This document shows positions 41,701 to 49,775 of a stretch of 64,000 nucleotides of DNA, piece after piece. Under the pieces are notes generated by a model. That model was not told the DNA's origin. It saw only the letters and a list, made by a program, of their open reading frames with translations, and ran no database searches. Where the stretch lies: assembly GCA_040005235.1 (NCBI GenBank), contig JBDTZG010000013.1, positions 1 through 64,000 on the forward strand. The letters run 5' to 3'. Source of the stretch: Acidobacteriota bacterium (GTDB lineage: Bacteria > Acidobacteriota > Thermoanaerobaculia > Multivoradales > UBA5704). The position numbers were made by a program, and so were the translations under genes. The stretch's first letter is position 1, and each line of letters begins with the position of its first letter.

Positions 41701-42375
41701 CGCGTTCGCCTGCTCGACCGGATCGGGATCGAGATCGCCAAGCCCGTAGCCGATGCCGGCGGTGACGTACAGGTCGTCGCAGACGGTATCGAGCGGATCG
41801 GCGCAACCGAAGGCCCCGCGAGTCGCCGAGACGAACAGGAACGAGAAGCCGCTCCACGGAACCGGCGGGTCGGTCTGAACGTTCTGGTAGTGGCCGTCGA
41901 TCGACTGGAAGAAGGTCGGTTTTCCGTAGCGGACGGTCTTGGTCGGATCGATCAGCGCGTCGCTGTAGTTGACGAACAGCTGGAGACCTTTCTTTTCCAG
42001 CGACGCTTCCATCAGCTTGCGGGTCCCGCCAGCCGCGGGGGCGATCCCCTCGGGCGGATCGAACTGTGCGACGTTGAACAGCAGCACGTCGGTGTAGGCG
42101 GCCGGTTGCTGGCTCCCCAGGCCGATCAGATCGCGCGCCAGACTGAACACCGTGTCGCCCGGATCTTCGTAGAACTGGTGCGCGCCCCAGACGTACTCGC
42201 CCGTGTCGCGCTCGTAGTTCCAGGGTGTGAGTTTGGGCGGCGGCGGATTGATCGGGATCGGCTCGAGGCAGATCGCGGGACCGATCACCACCTGGGCTAC
42301 CGCGGGCCAAGGAAGGAGAGACGCGAGAAGGGCCGCCCCAAGGGCAACCCGGCGGACGGAACGTGATTTCGACAT
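38761..42375 (-). CDS. Large secreted FG-GAP/VCBS-repeat beta-propeller protein with C-terminal IPT-like domain
   Basis: Signal peptide; about a dozen D(L/F)(D/N)xDGxxD repeats (DLNGDGWAD, DLDQDGDLD, DFDRDGDVD, DLDGDGDLD...); ATG 42375 after GGAGA. Confidence 0.9.
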   Translation of the reverse strand: MSKSRSVRRVALGAALLASLLPWPAVAQVVIGPAICLEPIPINPPPPKLTPWNYERDTGEYVWGAHQFYEDPGDTVFSLARDLIGLGSQQPAAYTDVLLFNVAQFDPPEGIAPAAGGTRKLMEASLEKKGLQLFVNYSDALIDPTKTVRYGKPTFFQSIDGHYQNVQTDPPVPWSGFSFLFVSATRGAFGCADPLDTVCDDLYVTAGIGYGLGDLDPDPVEQANAAQAQTDLLMRRDPATGRWGDISQDTCSTGPRIPVSATAGNSSGVVYKDLNGDGWADLYIGRQGDNYKGATNVLLINDGTGCFKDETATRIPGELSRATNDVAAIDLDQDGDLDLAVANRCASAGCGAESEDYVLINNGSGNFKVVPLASGVQSDSRSVALGDLNRDGWPEIVLGNAGSDGFSQNLVLTPAEDHLMEIFANDVSFGGTLDSFTDFMNPILDTNAPNFPTEHVVTAPLTQQVLLVDLFGPATNPPTLSGNAPDGWLDLVIVSQRDLLKHDTFTGASSRVYVMTNKANWTSGFPTLQPYTAFPTQSAKTVAVADFDNNGFKDLFEGNGNRWSGVLPDLHSNLGNGPGATAGQPWDFSGGFIGFKSYQTMPGTEHGYGFDFADWNGDGALDALQTSRGYNYLVGSIAGAIEAEHEDYASPFGGTGQTSNKRGRQIPQGMEDGVFADFDRDGDVDALLASQRTPAWPYCVDTSPDSIVLVNSGSGTFGFDSLYTASSCTTEDARIDPNGRTSLPLPGIGDRAVAGDLDNDGDVDAIVHLFEILPSGYSGPVPMVAPPLFPNPIGTYAFGWRYLKNVIGTAGAGAHWFKDVAPTQMRTTSGTYDPAWNRGLGMDLLADFDNNGALDLFTTLGFAKTAAEMTSVSQTKDLLFLNGVGTPKGTLTESSATVLPAACTDQVLGDTSYISCGSFGIAQGDLDNDGDSDVAIAHYAAGARTNYPWLLINKIATTGGMVDEFQTRMPLGSLSPVIHTAPTDPAGNPTPGMDQAMFPAFADLDGDGDLDLIYQVVNDLPRVLMNNGVDSNGDGLITSADSPPPGTFTDITPTILTQYRRSTDSQDLVALDIDEDGDLDLANDPFGDRVTFWRNDRPADSGRPVVTEIWPRVGSIRRAKIRLEGIELTGVLKVQFRFAGGAICEQAVTTAIGTDGKHLDVVIPQTCPIGLAQVRVLRAEPACGNPTVTVQRWSRQYFGYFVQG

Positions 42376-42379
42376 GGCA

Positions 42380-42434
42380 TTCTCCGATCGGGGCGCTCGC
42401 CTCGGACCTTCCGAGGTTCCCCCTGATCGGAGAA
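42380..42434 (-). promoter_or_regulatory. Stem-loop occluding the RBS of the FG-GAP gene
   Basis: On the mRNA, UUCUCCGAUC-A-GGGG pairs with CCCC-GAUCGGAGAA (contains GGAGA); inner hairpin CCUCGGA/UCCGAGG. Confidence 0.5.
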
Positions 42435-42469
42435 GCGGATTCGGCGGGGAAAGATGACGAAATTCGCGG

Positions 42470-43225
42470 TTACGACCGCGCGAGATTCGAAAGAATCTGC
42501 CCGGCTTCCTCCAGCCGACCGAGATCGCGCGGCAGCTCCAGGGCGTAGGCGGGCACGACGCTCGCCGCCGCGACGCAGGCTTCGAGGTGGGCGGCCAGGA
42601 GGTCCGGGCCGTAGCGCCGCGCGGCAACCGTTTGGCCGAGCAGCAAGCGGGCGGTCTCGGCCGGGCGCAGGCGGGTAAGCCGCGGCGCGGGCGCCGTCCC
42701 CGGTCCGGCGAGAGCGATCAGCGCGGCGACCGGCGCGGGCGCTCGATACCGGCGCGCCGGGTCGAGCTTGAGCTGCGGATAGTCGAGATGCGCGATGAGC
42801 CGATCTTCTGCCAGCTCGAACGGCAGAAGGTCGTCGGCGGCCCGCTCCCATTCGGGGTACTCCAGAGCCGCCAGCGTCGACTTGCCCCGTCCCGATTCCC
42901 CGAGGAAAACGAACAGGCGGCCGTGGACGAATACCGCGCTCGCATGCAGCGCCCAGATCGCACGGGCCGCGAGCAGCAGGAGGATCGGCGGCCCGAGCGC
43001 CAGCTCCTCGAAATGATCGGGGTCCAGGTCCGCGACTTCGAGCGGCGGCGCGATCAACGATCGGCCGTTCCGCGGCAGCCGCCCACGCGCCTCGGGCGGA
43101 CCGAGGCAGAAGAGCGGCCGATCGGTCCAGAAACGTCGCCCGGCGAGGGTATAGCCGAACGCCTCTTCGCCCTGGCCCAGCCTGAGGATCGGCTCCCCCT
43201 TGCGGGGTCGAACCCGGGCGTACAT
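42470..43225 (-). CDS. HPr-kinase-like P-loop kinase (type found in lasso peptide clusters)
   Basis: LHASAV, Walker A GESGRGKSTLA, ADD motif; ATG overlaps the C25 stop (TGATG). Confidence 0.85.
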   Translation of the reverse strand: MYARVRPRKGEPILRLGQGEEAFGYTLAGRRFWTDRPLFCLGPPEARGRLPRNGRSLIAPPLEVADLDPDHFEELALGPPILLLLAARAIWALHASAVFVHGRLFVFLGESGRGKSTLAALEYPEWERAADDLLPFELAEDRLIAHLDYPQLKLDPARRYRAPAPVAALIALAGPGTAPAPRLTRLRPAETARLLLGQTVAARRYGPDLLAAHLEACVAAASVVPAYALELPRDLGRLEEAGQILSNLARS

Positions 43226-46200
43226 CAGGGCCGGAGCTTCATCGCGGGATCGCCGAGCAGCGTCCAGCCGAGCAGGGCGTCGCGCAGATCACTCGGACCC
43301 CCGGCGATCGCCGCGATCGTCCGCTTGGCCTGGAGCAGCGCGTCGCCGATCGTGGTACCGGGGACCATCAGCCGGGCGAGCAGCGCCGGCCCCAGCAGTT
43401 GGTCCGATTCGGTGCGCGAGAGCGTCGCCGAGCCGATTACCGCGGCGGCCCCCTGGGGACCGGCGAGCAGCAGCCGGTGCGCCAGAGTGTCCACCTCGGG
43501 CGCCACGTGGTAGGTGTTCCAGCAGCCCCACTGGACGACCAGCGAAGGGCTGCCGACGTTGTTGAGCGCCGCCCCGTCGGCCGCCGAGAACAGCCCCCGG
43601 AAGCTCCAGACCGTCGGGCCGGAATGGCCGACGTAATGGACCAGCGCGGGGCCTTGATCGAACGCCGCGATCAGCTGGGATCTTGCAGCCGCGGCCCCCA
43701 GGTCGTCGACGTAGGCCCGGACCAGGGGCCAGGCGGCGGGCACCTGGGAGATCAGCTGATCGCTGATCGAGCTGAACGTCCGGGCGACCTCGGCTTCCGT
43801 GCCGTCCGCCGCGTCCGCCGCGAACAGCGCGCCGGTCCGAGAGCCGTCGAAGGCGAGGGTCTTGGCGATCAACTGGCGCAGCTCCGAGGCGGTGCGCGCC
43901 GGGAAACGGCCGAGCGCCAGATCCTGCACCCCGTCGCCGTCGAGGTCGCCGTAGACCGAGTCGGCCGGGGTGAAGCGGATCAGGTCGTCGGTCTGCGCGT
44001 AGGGGGTCGGGATCAGGCTCACCGAGCCGATACCCAAATGGTCGAAATAGTCGTAGGTGTCCGCTCCGACCAGCAGCAGATAGCGCGCGCCGAGCTGTTG
44101 GGCGGCGTAGCGGACGTAGTCGCGGATCGCCTGCGGGTCGATCTCGCCGCCGGAATAGGCGGCGTAGAGATCGAGCACGTCGACCAACTTGACTCTGTGT
44201 CCTTCGCTCTCGCGCGCCGCGATCAGCGGCGCGAGCTCCCCGGCGAGGCTAGGATGGGTGACGATCAGGTAATCGGCGCGCCGGTTGCCCAGATCGGCGG
44301 GCGCTTCGCGCGCCGGCTGGATCGCCGGGTGGAGCATCGCCGAAGCGGTCGAAAGATCGACCGCGCCGACTTTGGTCGCCGCTCCGGGGATCGAGAACGC
44401 GGCGCGGAAGCCGCCGCCGAAATTGTCGATCGCCACGTTCGAAAGCCGCGAGGCGCCGCCCTTGGCGTAGACCACGAGGTCGTTGGCGCCGAGCCCCTCG
44501 ACCTCGATCCTGCCCGGCGCTCCCGGGAAGCTCAGCCGGTCGTTCCGCGCGACGAAGCGACGGGGATAGCTCACGGCGTAGCGATCGACGTGCACCAGGT
44601 CGAAGGCGTTGCCGGTGTCGCCGGGCAGACGGACCTCCAACGTGTTCGTCCCTTCGAACAGCAGCCCGGGCGGCAGGGGCAGGTCGTAGCTTTTGGCCGT
44701 CAGGCCGTCGAACCGCTCGTCGACGAGCTGCGTGCCGTCGAGCGAAATCTGCAGGTGATGATCCGGCGTCGAAGGCCAGTTCGTGACGCCCCAAAGATCC
44801 ACGTGCAGCCGCGCCTCGGTGCTGGCCGGAGCGTCCACTTCGATCGGAAAGCTCTTGGCCGTCGGGCGCCCTTGAGCGAGCACCGGCGCCTCGTACCAGG
44901 GATCGCCGTTCGGCGAGGCGAAGCTGTAGACCAAGTCGCGGTCGATCGCCAGCACTTCCCCGTAGGAGGCGACCGAAGCGCCTTGCGGCGTACCGTCCTC
45001 CACTAATACCCGCGACGGCCGACGGCCGACGGCGAGGCGATAGACCCGAGACCGGGTGTAGAGGCTGCCCGCGACCGCCTCGCCGCGGAATTCGACGAAC
45101 GACCCGGGACCGAAGATCTCCGAACCTTTTTCGCCCCCTTCTACGTAGATCGGCACCTCCTTGCCGGTCCGCGCCGCGGTGAGCGAGAGGCGGGCGAGGT
45201 TGGCTCCGGCAAAGTCGATTCCCGCGGCGCGAAGCTCTTCGTAGGTCACGCGGTAGAGGCCGTCGGCATCGACCCGCAGCTCGGCGGCGGGAACGCTCGC
45301 GACGCGGCTTTGCGCCCGGCGGTCGTCCTCGGCCGAGGCGGCGATCTCGGCATGCACAGTCGCCCAGTCGATCGGCTCGGCGGCCGAGGGCCGGCCGTAA
45401 GGCCGATCCAGCGCGAACGGTCCGTGGCGGGTCCGACCGCCGTCGAGGCCCGCGTCTTCGAGCAGCAGCTCGGTCCACCCGCCGTCGGGAAGAACCCGTC
45501 GATAACTCTGCGGCGCCAGCCGGTCGAGCGAACGGGCGGGCAGCAGCTTCGGCGTCAGCGGTTGCCACGCGTCCTTCGGCCCCTTGCGGCCGAGCAGCGC
45601 ATAGCCGACGGTCGAGGTCTCGGTTTCGGTGGTCCATTCGACCTCGATCCCGCGGGTGGTCCGGGCGGCGGAAAACGACGCCACGCTCACGGGGAGCGTG
45701 CTGACCGGGATCTGATAGTCCTCGACCTCGCCGCTGGTCGCGACGCCGACCGGCGTGGTCACCTCGGCCGCGGTGTACGAAGTCCGGAACCGGGCGTAGG
45801 TCGCGGTCGTCCCTCCGGCGTTGCTCGGCACAGCGCTCCAGGTGACGTTGAACGCGGTGGGGGTCGAGGTATTGGCCGGCACGGTCACGGTGCCGGAGAT
45901 CTCGTTGGCGTCGAGGAAATCGCCGTCGCGGTTCCAGTCGATGTAGCCGACCAGCGAGCCTGCCGTGGTGGTCGAAAGATTCACCGCGGTGACGCTCACC
46001 GTATAGCTCGTCGAAGGAGAAGCGTAGGCGGGGAACGAAGCGAGGCCGTCCTCGTCGTCGACGCCGCCCACCTGGGTCGTGTCGTCGGTGGTGGCCGCGG
46101 CGCCCGCCTGGCCGTCCGCCTCGCCGTCGGGCGGGTTGGTGCCGAGATAGAGGGTCCGGTCGCCGATCGCGTGGCGCGCGCCGCCCGCGAGCAGCGTGCC

Positions 46201-47430
46201 GTAGCTGTTCGGCGCGTCGCCGTAGTCGTAACCACAGAAGACGAAGTCGCTGATCCCGACGACCATGAACTGGTTTTCGTTTGCCGGATCGTCGCCCTGG
46301 GTGTAGTTCAGGGTGATCGAGGAGACCGCGCCGGTAAACGCCACGTCCAGGTTTCCGGTCGTCGTGTTCTGCGCCGCCGACGCGTCCCCTTCGGCGAGAT
46401 CGCCGGCCAGTTGCGCGTTGCCCCCCGCCACCGCCGCGATGGTGTAGGGAACCCGGTTGCCGGACGGTCCGGTCCCCACCACCTCGATCTGGTCCTCCCA
46501 GCTCCCGCCCGTGATGTCGACGTCCAGGAAGGTGAAGCGTAGATCCCGCACCGGACGGGAAAAACTGAGCGTCGAAACCAGGCCCACCCCTTCGTTGTCC
46601 TGGGTTCCGGCCGCCGCCGCCGCATCCATCGACAGCGAGTAATAGCCGGTGTGGTTGCCGTTGATCGTCGTGCGGGTGAGCACCCCGTTGCCGAGGGTGC
46701 CCGCGGCTGTTGCGCCCGTGCCCGCAAAATCGCTGGTCGCCCCTTGGGTGATGGTCAGATCGCCCACCGTCGCGTTGGTAAACGGCACGACGCTGCCGTT
46801 CGCACCCCAGTCGTAGGTCACGGTCCCGGTGCAAACGGAGGTCGCCGCCGCGGTGCTCACCAGCGTGAGGTACGCCCGATTGAAGGTGCCGTTGGTCGCG
46901 TTGTTGTTGATGTCGCAGATGTTGAGCGTCCAGGTCCCGCTGCTCGCCACGCCGGAAAAAGCGGTGTCGATGTTGGCAACCGGCACGATCCGATTGAAGA
47001 AAGGCGCCGCGGTCGGATCGACGTCGGTGTCGGCGAGCGTCCCTTCGGTGTTGGACGAAAGAAGGATGTCGAAGTTGTCCTGCGTATCGCCGCCCCCGCC
47101 CGCCGTGCCCGCGATGAGCTGCAGGGCGGTGCCGCTCGGCGACACTAGAGTGAGCCGTACGTCGCCGCGGTTGGCGTGGTCGATGTTGAAACCGAGACCG
47201 ACCCGAGACACCGAAAACGAGTCCGAGACGGAAAACGTCCGCACCAGCGGGGTGGCGCAGCCCGCGGCCCCCGCCGCCGCGGCGGAAAAGCTCACGGCTC
47301 CGGACGTGGCGTTGGTGTAGGTATAGGTCAGGGCCTCGGCCGGACCGTCGATCAGGCCGAAAGCACCGAGGAGAATCGTCGCGGAAGTGAGACCGCGGAA
47401 GGTTGCGAAGCGGGAAAATCGGATCGACAT
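43225..47430 (-). CDS. Secreted multidomain C25 (gingipain-family) cysteine peptidase with proprotein-convertase P-like and GEVED domains
   Basis: Signal peptide; NIDHANRGDVRLTLVSPSG (P-domain); DYGDAP...GEVEDY; LPVSVASFSA linker; C25 motifs ADYLIVTH, YLLLVGAD, ALGRFPA, HYVGHSG (His), WGCWN (Cys), LLGDPA. Confidence 0.9.
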   Translation of the reverse strand: MSIRFSRFATFRGLTSATILLGAFGLIDGPAEALTYTYTNATSGAVSFSAAAAGAAGCATPLVRTFSVSDSFSVSRVGLGFNIDHANRGDVRLTLVSPSGTALQLIAGTAGGGGDTQDNFDILLSSNTEGTLADTDVDPTAAPFFNRIVPVANIDTAFSGVASSGTWTLNICDINNNATNGTFNRAYLTLVSTAAATSVCTGTVTYDWGANGSVVPFTNATVGDLTITQGATSDFAGTGATAAGTLGNGVLTRTTINGNHTGYYSLSMDAAAAAGTQDNEGVGLVSTLSFSRPVRDLRFTFLDVDITGGSWEDQIEVVGTGPSGNRVPYTIAAVAGGNAQLAGDLAEGDASAAQNTTTGNLDVAFTGAVSSITLNYTQGDDPANENQFMVVGISDFVFCGYDYGDAPNSYGTLLAGGARHAIGDRTLYLGTNPPDGEADGQAGAAATTDDTTQVGGVDDEDGLASFPAYASPSTSYTVSVTAVNLSTTTAGSLVGYIDWNRDGDFLDANEISGTVTVPANTSTPTAFNVTWSAVPSNAGGTTATYARFRTSYTAAEVTTPVGVATSGEVEDYQIPVSTLPVSVASFSAARTTRGIEVEWTTETETSTVGYALLGRKGPKDAWQPLTPKLLPARSLDRLAPQSYRRVLPDGGWTELLLEDAGLDGGRTRHGPFALDRPYGRPSAAEPIDWATVHAEIAASAEDDRRAQSRVASVPAAELRVDADGLYRVTYEELRAAGIDFAGANLARLSLTAARTGKEVPIYVEGGEKGSEIFGPGSFVEFRGEAVAGSLYTRSRVYRLAVGRRPSRVLVEDGTPQGASVASYGEVLAIDRDLVYSFASPNGDPWYEAPVLAQGRPTAKSFPIEVDAPASTEARLHVDLWGVTNWPSTPDHHLQISLDGTQLVDERFDGLTAKSYDLPLPPGLLFEGTNTLEVRLPGDTGNAFDLVHVDRYAVSYPRRFVARNDRLSFPGAPGRIEVEGLGANDLVVYAKGGASRLSNVAIDNFGGGFRAAFSIPGAATKVGAVDLSTASAMLHPAIQPAREAPADLGNRRADYLIVTHPSLAGELAPLIAARESEGHRVKLVDVLDLYAAYSGGEIDPQAIRDYVRYAAQQLGARYLLLVGADTYDYFDHLGIGSVSLIPTPYAQTDDLIRFTPADSVYGDLDGDGVQDLALGRFPARTASELRQLIAKTLAFDGSRTGALFAADAADGTEAEVARTFSSISDQLISQVPAAWPLVRAYVDDLGAAAARSQLIAAFDQGPALVHYVGHSGPTVWSFRGLFSAADGAALNNVGSPSLVVQWGCWNTYHVAPEVDTLAHRLLLAGPQGAAAVIGSATLSRTESDQLLGPALLARLMVPGTTIGDALLQAKRTIAAIAGGPSDLRDALLGWTLLGDPAMKLRP

Positions 47431-47454
47431 GTCATCACCTCTTCAAAAGATCCC

Positions 47455-47631
47455 TCACTGTGCCTTGAAAATAGCGGGATTGCCGCTTTCGCCGACACCG
47501 GGCGACGGCCCGAGGGTGAACGTGCGCAAGTCGCCATGAACGATCAATCGCGGCGTTTCATACCGGCGCTTGGGCCCCGGGGGGGTGGGTTCGGCAGGTG
47601 GCAAAAACACAGAAAACACCAGGTCGGGCAT
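47455..47631 (-). CDS. Lasso peptide precursor, 58 aa (predicted core GPSPGVGESGNPAIFKAQ)
   Basis: ATG 47631 with GAGGAAGG RBS, 7 nt after the cyclase stop; leader YETPRLIVHGDLRTFT-L fits YxxPxLxxxGxxxxxT with Thr at -2; core has Gly1 and Glu8. Confidence 0.88.
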   Translation of the reverse strand: MPDLVFSVFLPPAEPTPPGPKRRYETPRLIVHGDLRTFTLGPSPGVGESGNPAIFKAQ

Positions 47632-47638
47632 ACCTTCC

Positions 47639-49540
47639 TCACTCTCTCCGGCAGGCCGAGATCTCCCGCTGGGGCACTTCGAAAGCTCCCCGCACTCCGC
47701 TATCGAAATACTTTTCAGGCGATCGACGCTGCCAGATTTCGAACGAAAACGCCAACCAGACCAGCAAACCCGACAAGCCGCATCGCCGCTCCCGCCAGCC
47801 GGTCTCCACCCACTCGGGCAAGAGATAATCTCGCCACGCGGCGTTGGGGTTAAGCAAAATCGCGGCCACCTCGCCGGTTGGATCTGCGTAGACGCCGGAA
47901 ACGAAGAGATCCTCAAACGTCGCCTTGTCCTGCCGGTCGAGGATCGAGCCCGGCAGCAGGCCCGACAGGGCTTGCCGCAAGATGGGGCGCGAATTCCCCT
48001 GGACGCCGAGGTCCTCGGCCGGCAAACCCAAAAACAGCTCGATCACCCGTCGATCGCGCATCGGGTGCCGCACCTCGATCCCCAGGGGGTCGCAGTAGTA
48101 ACGCTCGATCGAGAGCCCGTGGCCGTTCTGCGCGCCGAGCAAGCTGCGCGCCTGCGCCGGGCGCGGGTACTCGGCCGCCCAGCCGTCGCGCTCGATCGGC
48201 TCGGGCAGGAGAGCGAGCGAGCTTTCGGTCAGCCAGGCAAAGCGCTCCGCTTTACGCCGGGCGGCCCGCTCCAGCCGCAATCGATCCGGGAGCAGCGCGC
48301 CGAGCGCCTGCCGTAGCGCGCCGTCGCCGGCGCGGAACCGGCGCCACAGCTCGCCCGCGGCGGCCCCAAAACGCCCGGCCCGCAACGTTTCCTTCAATCG
48401 GTACTCGGCGCCGCCGTAGAGCTGATCTCCGCACAGGCCGGACAGAAGCACGGGGCTGCCAATCCGCTGGGCGGCCTCGTAGGCCCGCTGGTGGAAGTGC
48501 CGGTAGGCGTTTTGCTCCGGCGTCGCCGGATGGGTCGGCCAAGACGCGAGATCGGCGAGCGGCAGCTCGTCGTCGCACGGCAGGCGGTGCAGCTCGAGAT
48601 TCAGCGCGCGCTCCAGCACCGACAGGTGCCGGCTTTCGTCGGCCCGCGGATGGCGGGGAAAAACCCAAGAGAGCGCCCGCAGCCGATCCCCCGCGGGAAG
48701 CGCCCGCTGCGCCAAGGCGGCAATCGGAGCCGAATCGAGGCCGCCGGACAAGAGGACCGCGGGCCGGCCTGCCGATCGAAGGCGGCAGCGGACGGCGAGG
48801 TCGAGACGGTGGCGCAGCTCTTCGGCGCGCTCCTCCGGCCGCCTCTTCAGAAGCCCGGCGGCCGGCCGCGGCCGGGAAAGCCTCTCGCTGCGCGCGCGGT
48901 CATCGCGCACGATCAGGATCTCGCCCGGCTCAAGTTGCCGCACGCCCTGGTAGAAAGTACGACCGGGCTCAGGGTCTTCGAGCGAAAAGTACGCCGCGAC
49001 CCGGGTCCGGTCGAGCGCCATCTCGCGGCCCAGCGTCGCCGCCACGGCCCCTTCTTCGGAAGCCGCGAGCAACCGGCGATCGTCGAGCGCCACGGCGAGG
49101 TTGCGGCCGCCCAGGGCGTCGCGGGCCAGGATCGCCTCCCGCCGCGTCGCATCCCAGATCGCGATCGCGAACGGCCCGAGCAGGCGTTCGAATCCGGCGA
49201 TCCCCCAAGCGGCAAAGACGGCGGCGGCGAGCCGCGCGTCGCTTACCTTCCGAAGCGGACCCGGAGAATCCGGCAACGCGCGCCACAGCGTCTCCCGGTC
49301 GTCGATCCGGCCGTCGAAAGCCAGCCATGCTCGCCAATGTCCGGGAACCGGTATCGGCTGGTGCTCCCCCAACTCTTCCGGCGTGGTCCAGAAATGAAGG
49401 TGGCCCAGAACGCCACCGGCACCCCCGGCGGTGTCCAGGCCCTCCCGACCCCGATGAGCCATGTGGCCCAGCAGCCGCTCAAGGATTGCGGGAAGAAGCT
49501 CCGCGCCCTGGCGTGCCATCGCGAGACCGAGCGCGCTCAT
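47639..49540 (-). CDS. Asparagine synthetase-like lasso peptide cyclase (C protein)
   Basis: FDGRIDDRE, LARDALG, LLSGGLDS ATP-binding loop, LSGLCGDQLY, RHPMRDRRVIE; lacks the N-terminal Cys of true AsnB; adjacent to the precursor. Confidence 0.88.
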   Translation of the reverse strand: MSALGLAMARQGAELLPAILERLLGHMAHRGREGLDTAGGAGGVLGHLHFWTTPEELGEHQPIPVPGHWRAWLAFDGRIDDRETLWRALPDSPGPLRKVSDARLAAAVFAAWGIAGFERLLGPFAIAIWDATRREAILARDALGGRNLAVALDDRRLLAASEEGAVAATLGREMALDRTRVAAYFSLEDPEPGRTFYQGVRQLEPGEILIVRDDRARSERLSRPRPAAGLLKRRPEERAEELRHRLDLAVRCRLRSAGRPAVLLSGGLDSAPIAALAQRALPAGDRLRALSWVFPRHPRADESRHLSVLERALNLELHRLPCDDELPLADLASWPTHPATPEQNAYRHFHQRAYEAAQRIGSPVLLSGLCGDQLYGGAEYRLKETLRAGRFGAAAGELWRRFRAGDGALRQALGALLPDRLRLERAARRKAERFAWLTESSLALLPEPIERDGWAAEYPRPAQARSLLGAQNGHGLSIERYYCDPLGIEVRHPMRDRRVIELFLGLPAEDLGVQGNSRPILRQALSGLLPGSILDRQDKATFEDLFVSGVYADPTGEVAAILLNPNAAWRDYLLPEWVETGWRERRCGLSGLLVWLAFSFEIWQRRSPEKYFDSGVRGAFEVPQREISACRRE

Positions 49541-49775
49541 TTGATTTTACCTCTTCGCGTATCGTCATTTTCTCCCCAACGAAGAATCGATCATAGCAGA
49601 TTCCCCGCCCGCCCTTTTCCGCCCGCCCAAGATTTCCTCACCCAAAAGGAGAGAAATCCCCACCCTGAAGCGAGCCACCCTCCGGCGAGGGGGGTCCCAC
49701 GCCTAATGAGGTTCTTGAGGAATCCCGGCGAAATTAACCTTCACCCATCAACGCCGCTTACCCCAGGAGGACGCC

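Noticed and set aside
47639-49540. Housekeeping asparagine synthetase asnB
   Set aside because: No N-terminal catalytic Cys, and an adjacent lasso-type precursor.
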